Assembly: GCA_964585065.1 (NCBI GenBank)
Contig: CAZPCB010000003.1
Coordinates: 526-64,525, forward strand
Direction: 5' to 3'
Source: an uncultured Candidatus Saccharibacteria bacterium
GTDB lineage: Bacteria; Patescibacteriota; Minisyncoccia; SW-4-49-11
DNA length: 64,000 nt
The notes under the pieces: generated by a model
Database searches by the model: none
What the model saw: the letters and a program-made list of their open reading frames with translations, nothing else
Told to the model about the DNA's origin: nothing
Shown here: positions 9,383-20,346 of the stretch, piece by piece
Numbering within the stretch: the first letter of the stretch is position 1
Layout: each line of letters starts with the position of its first letter
Translations under genes and position numbers: made by a program

Positions 9383-9922
9383 TTATTGCTTAAATGGGAA
9401 TCCCATTGATTTTAATAAATGAAGGCTTTTTTCCTTATTGGAATTGGAAATGGTGATATTAACCTGTAATCCAAAATTAATTCCGAGTTCCTCATTGGAT
9501 AATTCTGGGAAAATAATTTGCTCTTTAATTCCAAAATTTACATTTCCGTTCTCATCAATTTTAGTTGATTCAATTCCTTGAAAATCTCGAGTTCGAGGAA
9601 GTGCAATAGAAATTAATCTATCAAGAAAATCATACATTCTCTCTCCTCTCAGAGTAACTTTAAGCGCGATTGTCATTCCTTGTCGAGTCTTGAATTGAGC
9701 AATAGAACTTTTAGCAGCTACCGAAATTGGTTGTTGAGCAGAAATAGTTGTCAAAATTGACTTTACCTTCTCAAATTTTTGTACATCACGAAAATTCTTT
9801 CCTGTTCCTACATTAAGAGTAATTTTCTCAATATGAGGTGCGGCAAAAGTATTCTTAATCCCAAACTCTTTCATAAGTTCTGGGCGAAGTGATTCTTGAT
9901 AACGAGTTTTCAAACTTGACAT
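9383..9922 (-). CDS. rplE: 50S ribosomal protein L5
   Basis: [16 protein letters not shown]; [10 protein letters not shown]. Confidence 0.97.
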   Translation of the reverse strand: MSSLKTRYQESLRPELMKEFGIKNTFAAPHIEKITLNVGTGKNFRDVQKFEKVKSILTTISAQQPISVAAKSSIAQFKTRQGMTIALKVTLRGERMYDFLDRLISIALPRTRDFQGIESTKIDENGNVNFGIKEQIIFPELSNEELGINFGLQVNITISNSNKEKSLHLLKSMGFPFKQ

Positions 9923-9923
9923 A

Positions 9924-10229
9924 CTATAATTCCTTATTCAATTTATGACTATATCGTACTTTTTTATCCCCAACAAGTTTATATGATACTTTTGTTCGAG
10001 TACCAGTTTCAGTATCTACGAAAGCAACATTGGACATATGAATAGTTGATGGCTTTTCAATAATTGAACCTACCTCCCCTTCTTTGCGAGGTTTTTGATG
10101 TTTTTTAACTAGCATTACTCCTTCAACACGAACACGGTTTCGAGATGGTATTACCTCGATAATTTTTCCTCTCTTTCCCTTATCTTTTCCAGAGAGAACT
10201 TCAACTGTGTCATTTTTTCGAATCTTCAT
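9924..10229 (-). CDS. rplX: 50S ribosomal protein L24
   Basis: KOW motif SGKDKGKRGKI; IHMSNV. Confidence 0.97.
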   Translation of the reverse strand: MKIRKNDTVEVLSGKDKGKRGKIIEVIPSRNRVRVEGVMLVKKHQKPRKEGEVGSIIEKPSTIHMSNVAFVDTETGTRTKVSYKLVGDKKVRYSHKLNKEL

Positions 10230-10241
10230 ATGCTTGTCTTA

Positions 10242-10610
10242 TTACAGTACTTCTGGTGCTAATGATACAATTTTCATATATCCTGCTTCTCGAATTTCAC
10301 GAGCAATTGGTCCAAATACACGAGTTCCAACTGGTTCTTTATTCCCTCCAATGATAACAGCTGCATTTTCGTCAAATCGAATATATGATCCATCGGCTCG
10401 ACGATATTCTTTTCGCTGACGTACAACTACAGCTTTTACTACATCTCCCTTTTTCACTGTTGCTCGGGGTTCTGCACTTTTTACTGAAGCAACAATAATA
10501 TCTCCTAATTGAGCATATCTTTTGCGAGTTCCTCCAAGAACATTGAAACATTCAATGATTTTTGCTCCTGAATTATCAGCTACCTTTAATTTACTCTCTT
10601 TCTGAATCAT
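10242..10610 (-). CDS. rplN: 50S ribosomal protein L14
   Basis: VADNSGAK; [11 protein letters not shown]; SLAPEVL. Confidence 0.98.
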   Translation of the reverse strand: MIQKESKLKVADNSGAKIIECFNVLGGTRKRYAQLGDIIVASVKSAEPRATVKKGDVVKAVVVRQRKEYRRADGSYIRFDENAAVIIGGNKEPVGTRVFGPIAREIREAGYMKIVSLAPEVL

Positions 10611-10611
10611 A

Positions 10612-10866
10612 TTATTGTATTACTACCCATCTCTTATGTCGGGATAATGGTCGAGACTCTTCAATCACAACTTCATCTCCAAGCTTAATATCTGCATTTT
10701 CATTATGTGCCATATATCGCTTGGTAACGGTATATCGCTTTTTATACAAAGGATCTGATTTTGTACGATTCACAGCTACAATTACAGTTTTTTCCATAGC
10801 AGTAGATACTACTTTACCTTTTAGGGTACGAGTTTTCGTCTTAGATGTAATAGTAGATTCTGCCAT
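10612..10866 (-). CDS. rpsQ: 30S ribosomal protein S17
   Basis: [11 protein letters not shown]; [11 protein letters not shown]. Confidence 0.97.
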   Translation of the reverse strand: MAESTITSKTKTRTLKGKVVSTAMEKTVIVAVNRTKSDPLYKKRYTVTKRYMAHNENADIKLGDEVVIEESRPLSRHKRWVVIQ

Positions 10867-10874
10867 AGTTAAAA

Positions 10875-11063
10875 TTAGGATAATTTGGTCAATACTGTTT
10901 GAATTCGAGCAATATCTCGTCTCAATGCTTTGATAGCTGAGCCATCTGATTTTTGAGAAGGATCTCCTTTTACAAAGATGAGCTTACCAAGTTCTAATTG
11001 CTTCTCAGCAAGAATCTTTTGTAATTCTCCTTGTGCCTTGGTATTGTATCCCTCTTTACTCAT
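10875..11063 (-). CDS. rpmC: 50S ribosomal protein L29 (start moved to ATG 11063)
   Basis: IKALRRDIARIQTVL; lies between rplP and rpsQ. The longer TTG start of the ORF track falls inside a promoter. Confidence 0.88.
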   Translation of the reverse strand: MSKEGYNTKAQGELQKILAEKQLELGKLIFVKGDPSQKSDGSAIKALRRDIARIQTVLTKLS

Positions 11064-11099
11064 AATAACTCTGTTCTTAAAGCGCCAGTCATAGGCTAT

Positions 11100-11128
11100 A
11101 GTATATCGAATTTTTTGCAATTAGTCAA
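11100..11128 (-). promoter_or_regulatory. Internal sigma70 promoter upstream of rpmC
   Basis: TTGACT-17 nt-TATACT in the 69-nt rplP-rpmC gap. Confidence 0.7.
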
Positions 11129-11132
11129 GCTT

Positions 11133-11555
11133 TTATTGCTCTTTACTAATAAACTTTGTTTTTACCGGGAGCTTAGCTCCAGCTCTTTTAAGAGCTTCTT
11201 CAGCAATTTCTCTGGTAACACCATCAATTTCAAATAAAATCTTACCTGCTTTTAGGTTTACTACATAATGATCCACCGCTCCTTTTCCTTTTCCCATACC
11301 TACTTCAGCACTTTTGGTAGTAATAGGCTTATGAGGGAATACGCGAATCCAAACCTTACCTCCTCTAGCGGTATATCGACTAATAGCTCGTCGGGCAGAT
11401 TCAATTTGACGAGCAGTAATCCATTTAGCTTCTGTGGCTCGAAGACCATAAGAACCAAATGATAATTCTATTCCTCTGGAGGCTGCATTTAACTTATCAG
11501 AAGGTTTTCCCTTATGAATTTTTCGATGCTTCGTCTTTCTTGGTGCTAATAACAT
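11133..11555 (-). CDS. rplP: 50S ribosomal protein L16
   Basis: WITARQIESARRA; MGKGKG; KLPVKT. Confidence 0.98.
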   Translation of the reverse strand: MLLAPRKTKHRKIHKGKPSDKLNAASRGIELSFGSYGLRATEAKWITARQIESARRAISRYTARGGKVWIRVFPHKPITTKSAEVGMGKGKGAVDHYVVNLKAGKILFEIDGVTREIAEEALKRAGAKLPVKTKFISKEQ

Positions 11556-11573
11556 AATAGAATTCTTAACTTA

Positions 11574-12221
11574 TTATTTTTGCTCCTCTAATACATCCCC
11601 CTTATATACCCAAACCTTAATTCCGGTAGTTCCATATTTGGTATAAGCGGTTTTTTTAGCAAAATCAATATTTGCTCGAAGAGTAGCCAAAGGAATTTTT
11701 CCCTTAGTCAAATATTCTGTTCGAGACATTTCAGCTCCATCTAATCTTCCGCTCAATAATATTTTAATCCCCTTTACATTTTGACTTTGGAATACATTTT
11801 CTATAGTTTGCTTTAATACTCGTCGGAATGGAATTCTTTTTTCTAATTGCTCAGCAATATTTTCTCCAATAATAGCAGCATTTTCATTTGGATTCTTGAT
11901 TTCCTCAACAGTAAGGCGTAAATCAATTTGAGTTCCAATAAGTTTTTTGATAGTTTTCTTTAATGATTCAATTCCAGCTCCTCCTCTTCCAATAATCATT
12001 CCAGCTCGAGAAGTATGAATAATAATATTTATTAATCGAGGAGTTCTTTCAATATCAATAGTACTAATTCCTGATTTTGGAAGAGTTTTTGTAATAAATG
12101 CACGGATTTTTGCATCTTCTTGTAAATCTTTTGGTAAATTTTTAGCAGTACCAAACCATCGAGATGTCCATCCCTTTGTGACTCCTAGTCTATATACATT
12201 TGCTGAAACCTTATTTCCCAT
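11574..12221 (-). CDS. rpsC: 30S ribosomal protein S3
   Basis: MGNKV; KH domain; GRLDGAEMSR; GIKVWVYKG. Confidence 0.98.
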   Translation of the reverse strand: MGNKVSANVYRLGVTKGWTSRWFGTAKNLPKDLQEDAKIRAFITKTLPKSGISTIDIERTPRLINIIIHTSRAGMIIGRGGAGIESLKKTIKKLIGTQIDLRLTVEEIKNPNENAAIIGENIAEQLEKRIPFRRVLKQTIENVFQSQNVKGIKILLSGRLDGAEMSRTEYLTKGKIPLATLRANIDFAKKTAYTKYGTTGIKVWVYKGDVLEEQK

Positions 12222-12229
12222 ATATCTAA

Positions 12230-12724
12230 TTATTTATCGCTATCCTTGAGAGCTTTCTTGGTAACTACTTTCTTAGCTGGCTTTTTGACAGCAGTTGTCT
12301 TAGCCTTAGTAGCTGTTGTTACAGCCTCTTTTACAGCTGGTTTTTCAGCTATTTCTTTAGCTTCGGTAGCAGCTTTTCTCTTCTTTACAATATCAAGTTC
12401 CTTCAAAGTCAAGGTAATATGTGAACTTCTTTTACGAATAGTATATGCTCTTCCAAAAGCTCGAGGCCGAAAACGCTTTAATGTAAGGCCTGCATCTACA
12501 AAAATTGATGATACCTGTAATTGAGCTTCTAATACTGAATCTTGCTTTTTAGCATTAGCTACTGCAGATTGTATAAGCTTTTTGACCGGAATACTTGATT
12601 TTTGACTCAAGGTATCAAGTATAGCAAGTGCATCTTTTACAGATTTCCCTCGCACAGCATCAACAACCAACCGAGTTTTTCTCGGACTAATTCTTAGATT
12701 TTTAAGTGTTGCATTCCATTCCAT
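12230..12724 (-). CDS. rplV: 50S ribosomal protein L22 with Lys/Ala-rich C-terminal extension
   Basis: RISPRKTRLV; RFRPRAFGRA..KRSSHIT. Confidence 0.97.
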   Translation of the reverse strand: MEWNATLKNLRISPRKTRLVVDAVRGKSVKDALAILDTLSQKSSIPVKKLIQSAVANAKKQDSVLEAQLQVSSIFVDAGLTLKRFRPRAFGRAYTIRKRSSHITLTLKELDIVKKRKAATEAKEIAEKPAVKEAVTTATKAKTTAVKKPAKKVVTKKALKDSDK

Positions 12725-12732
12725 ACGAGTAC

Positions 12733-12999
12733 TTATTTAGCTTTCTTACCACTATGTCCAATAAATTTACGAGTTGCTGAGAATTCTCCCAACTTATGTC
12801 CTACCATATCTTCTTTGATATATACGGGGATATGAGTTTTCCCATTATGTACACCAAAAGTAAATCCTACCATTTCTGGGGTAACTGTACTATGGCGTGC
12901 CCATGTTTTGATGATAGTAGTATCTCCAGGCTTTAATGCTAAAACCTTGGTTATTAATTTCTCATCGATGTAGGGACCTTTCTTAAGACTTCTAGACAT
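12733..12999 (-). CDS. rpsS: 30S ribosomal protein S19
   Basis: [10 protein letters not shown]; [11 protein letters not shown]. Confidence 0.98.
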   Translation of the reverse strand: MSRSLKKGPYIDEKLITKVLALKPGDTTIIKTWARHSTVTPEMVGFTFGVHNGKTHIPVYIKEDMVGHKLGEFSATRKFIGHSGKKAK

Positions 13000-13008
13000 A
13001 TACTATAC

Positions 13009-13836
13009 TTATTTTCTTCTACTTATAATAAACTTATTACTTGGTTTATTCTTCTTACGGGTCTTTTTACCAAGAGCAATTTTACCCCAAGGAGTTTTTG
13101 GTGACTTAAGTCCAATTGGTTGTCGTCCTTCTCCTCCTCCATGTGGATGGTCTACTGGATTCATAGCACTTCCTCGAACTGCTGGTCTTACTCCACGCCA
13201 TCGATTTCGTCCAGCTTTTCCAATATTCTCAAGCATATGAGATTCATTACTTACTCTTCCGATACTTGCATATACGGTTTTATGTACTTTTCTTACTTCT
13301 CCTGAAGGAAGTTTTACTAAAGCATAGGTGTCTTCCACAGCTAATACCTGTCCTGCACTTCCAGCTGATCGAATAATTTGACCACCTTTTCCTGGGAATA
13401 ACTCTAAATTATAGACCTCAGTTCCCACAGGAATAAATTCTAAGGTTAATCGATTTCCAATAATTAAAGGAGCTTGTTTGCTGAATAATAGTCTCTGTCC
13501 TACATTTAACTTACTTGGAGCTAAAATATAAGATTTAATTCCATCCGTATAGGTAACAAGAGCAATAAAAGCAGATCGATTTGGATCATATTCAATTGAT
13601 TGTACAATTGCTTCAATATCAAGACGCTTTTGCTTGAAATCAACTAATCGATACATTCTCTTATTTCGTCCTCCTTTATGTCGAACGGTAATCACTCCTC
13701 GTGAATTACGTCCTGACATTGAGCGAATAGGAGCTAATAAAGACTTTTCTGGATTTGTCTTTGTTAAAGCTTCTCGGTAATCAACAACTGAGCTCTTTCT
13801 TCTTCCTGGTGTGGTGGGTTTTCGATGCTTAATCAT
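13009..13836 (-). CDS. rplB: 50S ribosomal protein L2
   Basis: IEYDPNRSA; [14 protein letters not shown]. Confidence 0.99.
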   Translation of the reverse strand: MIKHRKPTTPGRRKSSVVDYREALTKTNPEKSLLAPIRSMSGRNSRGVITVRHKGGRNKRMYRLVDFKQKRLDIEAIVQSIEYDPNRSAFIALVTYTDGIKSYILAPSKLNVGQRLLFSKQAPLIIGNRLTLEFIPVGTEVYNLELFPGKGGQIIRSAGSAGQVLAVEDTYALVKLPSGEVRKVHKTVYASIGRVSNESHMLENIGKAGRNRWRGVRPAVRGSAMNPVDHPHGGGEGRQPIGLKSPKTPWGKIALGKKTRKKNKPSNKFIISRRK

Positions 13837-13838
13837 AT

Positions 13839-14162
13839 CTAAATACTGATGCTAAATCCTTCTTTCAATGACACAATGGCTTTTTTATACCCTGTTGTCT
13901 TTCCTTTCTTTCCACGTACAAATACATTTCGTGATTTTACTTTTATTACGCGAACTTGTGAAACCTTGACATTATACAATAATTCTACTGCTTTTGCAAT
14001 CTCTTGCTTATTGGTATTCCCATTTACTTCAAATGAATATTGTCTATTCTGAAATAAAGAATAGGTTTTTTCACTAATAACAGGCTTAATCAATACCTGA
14101 TATGATTGTGTATTATGGTGTAATTCTTGTACTGCTTCAGTTGTAGATTCTTTCTTAGCCAT
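13839..14162 (-). CDS. rplW: 50S ribosomal protein L23 (start moved to ATG 14162)
   Basis: [24 protein letters not shown]. The corrected start removes the overlap with rplD. Confidence 0.93.
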   Translation of the reverse strand: MAKKESTTEAVQELHHNTQSYQVLIKPVISEKTYSLFQNRQYSFEVNGNTNKQEIAKAVELLYNVKVSQVRVIKVKSRNVFVRGKKGKTTGYKKAIVSLKEGFSISI

Positions 14163-14166
14163 ATCC

Positions 14167-14802
14167 TTAAACGTAATTCTTATAGATATCCTTAATAGTC
14201 TCAACTGATGGTACTGAAGTTAAAATAGTATCACTTTTTAATATATCCTCAATATTCAATGAATCAGCATATATTAATGAGACAGTTGGAATATTTGCAA
14301 ATGATTTTTCTGCATATTTATCTTCTCGAGGTACAATTACGAGAGTTTTCTTATCTTCAAGCTTAAGATTATTCAAAATTGATACTGCTTCCTTAGTTTT
14401 AATTGTGGATAATGCAAAATCATCTAATAATACAAATTTATCAGCAGCTACTCTAGATGAAAGAGTCATAAATAAAGCTTTTCGCTTCATTTTTTTATTG
14501 ATAGATACTGCAAAATTCTTGGCACTTGTAGGTCCAAAAGTAATACCTCCTGTTCGCCAAATTGGAGAACGAGTTGATCCATGTCGAGCTCTACCAGTTC
14601 CTTTTTGCTTCCAAGGTTTTTTACCTCCTCCACGTACTTCTGAGCGGTCCTTGGTATGAGCTACAGGATAAAGCTTATTCAAAACCAAATATCGATATAC
14701 TTGATGAATTAAACTCTCATTTGGAGCTACTTCAAATATCTCACTTGGCAATTCATATTGCTCCTTCTTTACTCCTTTTGTGGTAATTACCTGAATCTTC
14801 AT
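14167..14802 (-). CDS. rplD: 50S ribosomal protein L4
   Basis: KPWKQKGTGRARHGSTRSPIW. Confidence 0.98.
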   Translation of the reverse strand: MKIQVITTKGVKKEQYELPSEIFEVAPNESLIHQVYRYLVLNKLYPVAHTKDRSEVRGGGKKPWKQKGTGRARHGSTRSPIWRTGGITFGPTSAKNFAVSINKKMKRKALFMTLSSRVAADKFVLLDDFALSTIKTKEAVSILNNLKLEDKKTLVIVPREDKYAEKSFANIPTVSLIYADSLNIEDILKSDTILTSVPSVETIKDIYKNYV

Positions 14803-14812
14803 ATAAACTTAT

Positions 14813-15391
14813 CTAACCGACAATTTGTAACAATCCCTTATTAGGTCCAGGAATTGCTCCCTTTAATAATAATTGATTATTTTCAATATCTATTCCTACA
14901 ACTTTTACATTCTTTAATGTTTGAGTTTTAAATCCATCTCGTCCCGGCATTTTACGTCCTTTCAAAACATGCTCTGGATACCCTGATCCAATAGAACCTC
15001 CTGATCGCTCAGTATGCTTGGTTCCATGAGTAGCATTTGCTCCAGCAAATCCATGTCGTTTTACTACTCCAGCAAATCCTTTTCCTTTTGAAACTCCTTT
15101 TACTTCTAAGACATTCCCCACTTCATATTGAGCTATATCTAATACAGCACCCACTTCTAATTCTGGGAATTCATTTACACGAACTTCTTTTAATAATCTT
15201 GGTAATTCAGTATCTTTTACCTTTTTAGAATATTTTGCACCAAATTGCACAGCATTATATCCTGTTTTATCTTCAGCAATAAGAGCTTGTACCTTTACAT
15301 CGGGATACAATTGAACTTTCGTGACGGGTATTACTTTACCTTCTTCAAACACTTGAGTCATTCCAATCTTTTGAGCAAACGAAAATTTCAT
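14813..15391 (-). CDS. rplC: 50S ribosomal protein L3
   Basis: KIGMTQVF; SKGKGFAGVVKRHGF; KGAIPG. Confidence 0.97.
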   Translation of the reverse strand: MKFSFAQKIGMTQVFEEGKVIPVTKVQLYPDVKVQALIAEDKTGYNAVQFGAKYSKKVKDTELPRLLKEVRVNEFPELEVGAVLDIAQYEVGNVLEVKGVSKGKGFAGVVKRHGFAGANATHGTKHTERSGGSIGSGYPEHVLKGRKMPGRDGFKTQTLKNVKVVGIDIENNQLLLKGAIPGPNKGLLQIVG

Positions 15392-15412
15392 ACTTACACT
15401 TTACCTTGATTA

Positions 15413-15745
15413 CTAATTGAGATACTTGATAGAAATATCTACTCCAACCGGGAGATTGAGATTCATAAGAGCATCAATTACCTTAGAATTTGGTTCTGCA
15501 ATATCAATAAGTCTCTTATGAACTCTCATCTCAAATTGGTCTCGAGAGTCTTTATGCACGAATGTTGATTTTAATACCGTATATTTCTTAATGGAAGTAG
15601 GAAGTGGAATAGGTCCCACAGCATTTGCTCCAAATTTCATAGCGGTATTAATAATCTGTACAGATGATTGATCAGCTAACTTATAATCATAAGCTTTGAT
15701 CTTAATCCGTATTCGTGATTTATACTCTTCTTTTTTAGTTGACAT
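15413..15745 (-). CDS. rpsJ: 30S ribosomal protein S10
   Basis: GPIPLPT; HKDSRDQFEMRVHKRLIDI. Confidence 0.98.
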   Translation of the reverse strand: MSTKKEEYKSRIRIKIKAYDYKLADQSSVQIINTAMKFGANAVGPIPLPTSIKKYTVLKSTFVHKDSRDQFEMRVHKRLIDIAEPNSKVIDALMNLNLPVGVDISIKYLN

Positions 15746-15765
15746 ACTTTTTTCTTCGTAAAGCC

Positions 15766-16962
15766 TTATTTGATAACTTTCGTAACAACCCCAGCTCCAA
15801 CAGTATGCCCACCTTCTCGAATTGCAAATCTTTGATTGTCAGTAAGTGCAATAGGAGCTACAAGAGCAACTTTTACAGTAACAGTATCTCCTGGCATAAC
15901 TAATTCTGATCCTTCAGGAAGAGTGATTTCTCCTGTTACATCAGTAGTTCGAATATAGAATTGTGGCTTATACCCAGATACAAATGGGGTATGTCGTCCT
16001 CCTTCTTCTTTTGTTAGAACATATACCTCAGCTTCAAATTCAGTATGAGGAGTAATAGATCCAACTTTTGCAAGTACTTGCCCTCTTTCAACATCTTCTT
16101 TTTTAACTCCTCGAAGAAGAAGTCCTACATTATCTCCAGCTTGCCCCTCATCAAGAAGCTTTTTGAACATCTCAACTCCAGTAACAACTGTTTTTTGAGT
16201 AGATCGAAGTCCAACAATTTCTACTTCTGAGTTCACCTTGATAATTCCTTTTTCGATTCTTCCGGTTACTACAGTTCCTCGTCCTTCAATTGAGAAAATA
16301 TCTTCAACTGGCATCAAGAAATCTAAATCAATTTCTCGCTTTGGTTCTGGAATAGCTTCATCAAGAGCATCAACAAGCTCTAAGATTGGCTTAGCTGCAT
16401 CTGAATTAACATCAGTTGTTTCAAGAGCTTTGAGAGCTGATCCTCGAACAATTCGAGCATTATCTCCATCAAAACTATATTTACTTAATAGTTCTCGAAC
16501 TTCTACTTCTACAAGTTCAATCAATTCCTCATCATCAACTTGATCAACTTTATTAAGGAATACTACAATTTGAGGTACTCCAATTTGATTTGCAAGAAGA
16601 ATATGCTCTCGAGTTTGAGGCATAGGACCATCTGCAGCAGATACTACTAAGATAGCTCCATCCATTTGAGCAGCACCGGTAATCATGTTCTTGATATAAT
16701 CAGCATGTCCTGGACAATCAATATGCGCATAATGACGAGTATCTGATTCATACTCAACATGAGCTGTAGCAATAGTAATCCCTCGAGCTTTTTCCTCAGG
16801 AGCTGCATCGATTTCATTAACAGCTTTTTTTGTAACTACATTTCCTCTTAAACTAAGTACATTAAGAATAGCTGCAGTCAAAGTTGTTTTACCATGATCA
16901 ACATGACCAATAGTTCCTACATTTACATGGGGCTTGTTTCGCTCATACTTTTCGGTTGCCAT
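15766..16962 (-). CDS. tuf: Elongation factor Tu
   Basis: [29 protein letters not shown]. Confidence 0.99.
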   Translation of the reverse strand: MATEKYERNKPHVNVGTIGHVDHGKTTLTAAILNVLSLRGNVVTKKAVNEIDAAPEEKARGITIATAHVEYESDTRHYAHIDCPGHADYIKNMITGAAQMDGAILVVSAADGPMPQTREHILLANQIGVPQIVVFLNKVDQVDDEELIELVEVEVRELLSKYSFDGDNARIVRGSALKALETTDVNSDAAKPILELVDALDEAIPEPKREIDLDFLMPVEDIFSIEGRGTVVTGRIEKGIIKVNSEVEIVGLRSTQKTVVTGVEMFKKLLDEGQAGDNVGLLLRGVKKEDVERGQVLAKVGSITPHTEFEAEVYVLTKEEGGRHTPFVSGYKPQFYIRTTDVTGEITLPEGSELVMPGDTVTVKVALVAPIALTDNQRFAIREGGHTVGAGVVTKVIK

Positions 16963-17030
16963 AGAAGTATACTTTAATTATTATTGTTTAACTGAATAAA
17001 AACACGGTCGAGTCAAACACACTCTGAACT

Positions 17031-17059
17031 ATTCTAAACCATATTTGGAATTTAGTCAA
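17031..17059 (-). promoter_or_regulatory. sigma70 promoter of tuf-S10
   Basis: TTGACT-17 nt-TAGAAT, about 70 nt upstream of the tuf ATG. Confidence 0.7.
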
Positions 17060-17072
17060 GAGGAAAACTGAA

Positions 17073-18710
17073 TTATTTCACTTCCCTCACCTTTTTATTA
17101 TCTTGATGAATTCTTGGAATCGTTATGGTAAGCATACTTCCTTTATCTCTTCCCTCACTTTTTATACTAACAGTTCCTTTATGGGCTTCTATGATCAATT
17201 TCATCAAATGAAGCCCAAGCCCAGTTCCATCATGACGTATTTGCTGAGCAGATTCGCCTCTTTTATATGGTTTAAAAATAATTTTTTGCTCTGCTGGCGT
17301 AATACCAATACCATTATCTTGTATTTTAATTTGTATTTCTTTTTTATTTCCAATAAGTTGGATCTTAATGTGGTTTTTACCATATTGCAAAGCATTATCA
17401 AGTCCATTATTCAAAACTTCTCGTATTTTTACCTCATCTCCCTTTATCATAAAATCATCTCCTTTTACGGTATAAGTATAACTGATATTTGACTTATCCA
17501 TTAGGAATGATTTATTTTCAACTGTGTCTGTTAATTGTTTTTCTAAGTCAAATATATCATCTAGTCTTACACTAAAATCACCAGAATTAAGAGAGTTTAC
17601 ATTCAAAACATCCTCAATAATAGTAGACATATTTTGTACAATGACACTCATTTGTACAATATAATGCCCCATTGCATCATCTTTGGGGGCATGCGCTTCT
17701 TTTAATAAAGATAAATATCCCTTAATTGCAGTAATAGGAGTTCTTAATTGATGCGAGGATATTTGAATAAATTGATTCTTAGCCTTAATAGAAGATTTTA
17801 ATTCTTTGTGGACTTTTTGCACTAAATTGGCATCTTCCAACCCTTGTAATGTTTGATTCATTAAAACTCCCACGATAATACTTAATATAATAATCAAAAT
17901 AATTCTTTCCGGTTGAAAAATACTTGTAACTCCAAATAAGATTAACCCTATTTGTACTGCAATAGCTGTAACCAGAATAGTTCCAAGTGCATATAACTGA
18001 AATAGAATCACCGGTATTTTTAAAGCCTCTTGTTTAATAATAATATAGGTTATATAGAGAGCCATTAATAATAATCCCAATGGCCCAATACGATGATATG
18101 AATTATCAAGGAATATAAAGGGAATTACAATATTAGCAATTGCTACAACACTAAATGGTACTGCTACAGCAACAAATATACCCTCAGCATAAGGAATGGT
18201 GTTTGTACGTACAATCTTTAATAAATATGATAATCCGAAAAAACTGGCTAAGAACATATAGAGCACAAATACAAGATGCTGAAAAGATCCTAGTCGTAAC
18301 TCAGGCGATGGATATTGATAATCTATAATGCCATATTGTGGGTGAATTAAATACAAAATAATACTTGTCTGTATAAAGAGAAAGAGAAAGAATTTCCAAT
18401 CCCATTTGAATGTATTATCCAATGATTTAACAAAAATATAAAATATAAGGGGTAACATTATACCAATTCCATAGGTAAGTGCTAATTCATATCCTCCAAA
18501 AAATTGCTGTTCATTCCAGACCTCACATAATGCCCAAATTCCTGTAGCAATTAATAATACTCCAAACCACCCTACATATCGATGCTTTATAGTATATTTT
18601 TTAACTGTACTTCTATATATTACGACACAAAATACCCCCAAGGCTAAACTTAATAGACCCCCAATAGAGCCTAATAATACTTCAATAATATATTGTGAAT
18701 CTGTATTCAT
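17073..18710 (-). CDS. Multi-TM (HisKA_7TM-like) sensor histidine kinase HK3
   Basis: About 9 hydrophobic helices; H-box SHQLRTP; N-box NGLDNA; DNGIG; GTGLGL. Confidence 0.92.
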   Translation of the reverse strand: MNTDSQYIIEVLLGSIGGLLSLALGVFCVVIYRSTVKKYTIKHRYVGWFGVLLIATGIWALCEVWNEQQFFGGYELALTYGIGIMLPLIFYIFVKSLDNTFKWDWKFFLFLFIQTSIILYLIHPQYGIIDYQYPSPELRLGSFQHLVFVLYMFLASFFGLSYLLKIVRTNTIPYAEGIFVAVAVPFSVVAIANIVIPFIFLDNSYHRIGPLGLLLMALYITYIIIKQEALKIPVILFQLYALGTILVTAIAVQIGLILFGVTSIFQPERIILIIILSIIVGVLMNQTLQGLEDANLVQKVHKELKSSIKAKNQFIQISSHQLRTPITAIKGYLSLLKEAHAPKDDAMGHYIVQMSVIVQNMSTIIEDVLNVNSLNSGDFSVRLDDIFDLEKQLTDTVENKSFLMDKSNISYTYTVKGDDFMIKGDEVKIREVLNNGLDNALQYGKNHIKIQLIGNKKEIQIKIQDNGIGITPAEQKIIFKPYKRGESAQQIRHDGTGLGLHLMKLIIEAHKGTVSIKSEGRDKGSMLTITIPRIHQDNKKVREVK

Positions 18711-18712
18711 AT

Positions 18713-20305
18713 TTAATTTTTAGGGAGAATAATTATAGCTTCAGCACCCAAGCCCTCACCATCACTTTTTAACATAAATTTACCTTCATGACTATTGATA
18801 ATATGTTTTGCTAAATAAATACCTAATCCAGATCCATCTGGATTTAGTACAGGAGCCCTATATCCTCGTATAAAAGGAAGGAATAATTGTCGTAAATCAT
18901 CTTTATTAATACCAATTCCATCATCTACAATAGAGATTAGAATACTATTCTTGTTGGTACGTAACCGTATTATCACTTCTTTATTTGCAAATATATAGGC
19001 ATTCTGTATTACTTTTTTAAAAGCTAATTCTAAATAATGGGCTTCCCCCTTAATAATATAATTTCTATTGGCTTTTTCTAATCGCATTGTAATATCAAGA
19101 TATTTTTGAGATGTTTGAATATCCTCCATGACATGCTCTATGATGAGAGCAATATCTACTGGAACAATATGATTTAATTCAAATTTATCAGCTTCTATAG
19201 CATAAGTAAGAGTTAAATCCTCTATCACTTCTTTTAATCGATAATTATTAATAAGAATTTTATGTAAATAGTCTAATTCAGGAGACTGATTCTTTGATAC
19301 TTTATTTATCAAAGTACTGGTATATTCTTCTAAAATAATTACTGGGGTTCTCAATTGATGTGTTGTCATTCTCAAAAAATTATCTTTTACATTAATAAAT
19401 TTTTGTAATTTGCGATTATCTCTATTTAAATCTTTTTTGATATAAGATGATTCTTGTAAGTTTTGTATAAGAATAATTCCTAATACACTAAATATAATCA
19501 GAAATAATATATCAATAATAAGAGTAACTGGTGATGTATTACTAAATGTGATAACAGCAATAATAATTACTGCCCATATAATAATAATTTGGGATATAAA
19601 GATTTTTGAGTCAACTAACTTATATTGAATAGCACCTATTACAATAAATCCAATCCAAACTAATAATAGTAGTGGACTATATTTCAGAAAGTCACTATTA
19701 CCACCAATAAAAATAAATAATGCACCAGCAATATACCCTATAATAGTAGTCAAATATCCTATTATAAAATATACAGAAACTATTTTATCTTTCTTTTTTT
19801 GAATATATTTTAATCTATTTATAGTGGCTATAATACTCATAAATAAGGCTATCCCGAATCCTATTTGATAATATTGGAATAAAGGTCCATATTCTAAGAT
19901 AACACCATTGTTATATATGCTGATATTTTGAAATAAATGAAATGAGGTGTAAATAGGAATCAAAAATAGTATATACAAAATACTAATAGCCCAAGACATT
20001 CTATTCTTATATACAGTATTTGTCTTACTAAATGGATAATACAATGCTGTTATCATAAGACCTAATGGCACAGCAATAAGTCCTGAGAACATAATTTGTT
20101 GGAAGATTATATATAGAGACTTTGAAAAAAAATCTGGTTGAGAAAGAGTAATGTGTATTCCCAACCAACCAAATGTCCATATAATCGCTCCCGTCAAGGG
20201 AAATAAGAACCATTGTGATATGTTTGTATGATTTTTTTTATATACTAAAGTCCAAGCAATACTAAGAATTGCAATTACACCTAATGATAAGATACTATAA
20301 ATCAT
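18713..20305 (-). CDS. Multi-TM sensor histidine kinase HK2
   Basis: Hydrophobic N-terminal half; THQLRTP; KVIQNA; DDGIG; GSGLGI. Confidence 0.9.
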   Translation of the reverse strand: MIYSILSLGVIAILSIAWTLVYKKNHTNISQWFLFPLTGAIIWTFGWLGIHITLSQPDFFSKSLYIIFQQIMFSGLIAVPLGLMITALYYPFSKTNTVYKNRMSWAISILYILFLIPIYTSFHLFQNISIYNNGVILEYGPLFQYYQIGFGIALFMSIIATINRLKYIQKKKDKIVSVYFIIGYLTTIIGYIAGALFIFIGGNSDFLKYSPLLLLVWIGFIVIGAIQYKLVDSKIFISQIIIIWAVIIIAVITFSNTSPVTLIIDILFLIIFSVLGIILIQNLQESSYIKKDLNRDNRKLQKFINVKDNFLRMTTHQLRTPVIILEEYTSTLINKVSKNQSPELDYLHKILINNYRLKEVIEDLTLTYAIEADKFELNHIVPVDIALIIEHVMEDIQTSQKYLDITMRLEKANRNYIIKGEAHYLELAFKKVIQNAYIFANKEVIIRLRTNKNSILISIVDDGIGINKDDLRQLFLPFIRGYRAPVLNPDGSGLGIYLAKHIINSHEGKFMLKSDGEGLGAEAIIILPKN

Positions 20306-20346
20306 TTTTATTTATATTGGATTATGTATATTTATAGTATCACAAT

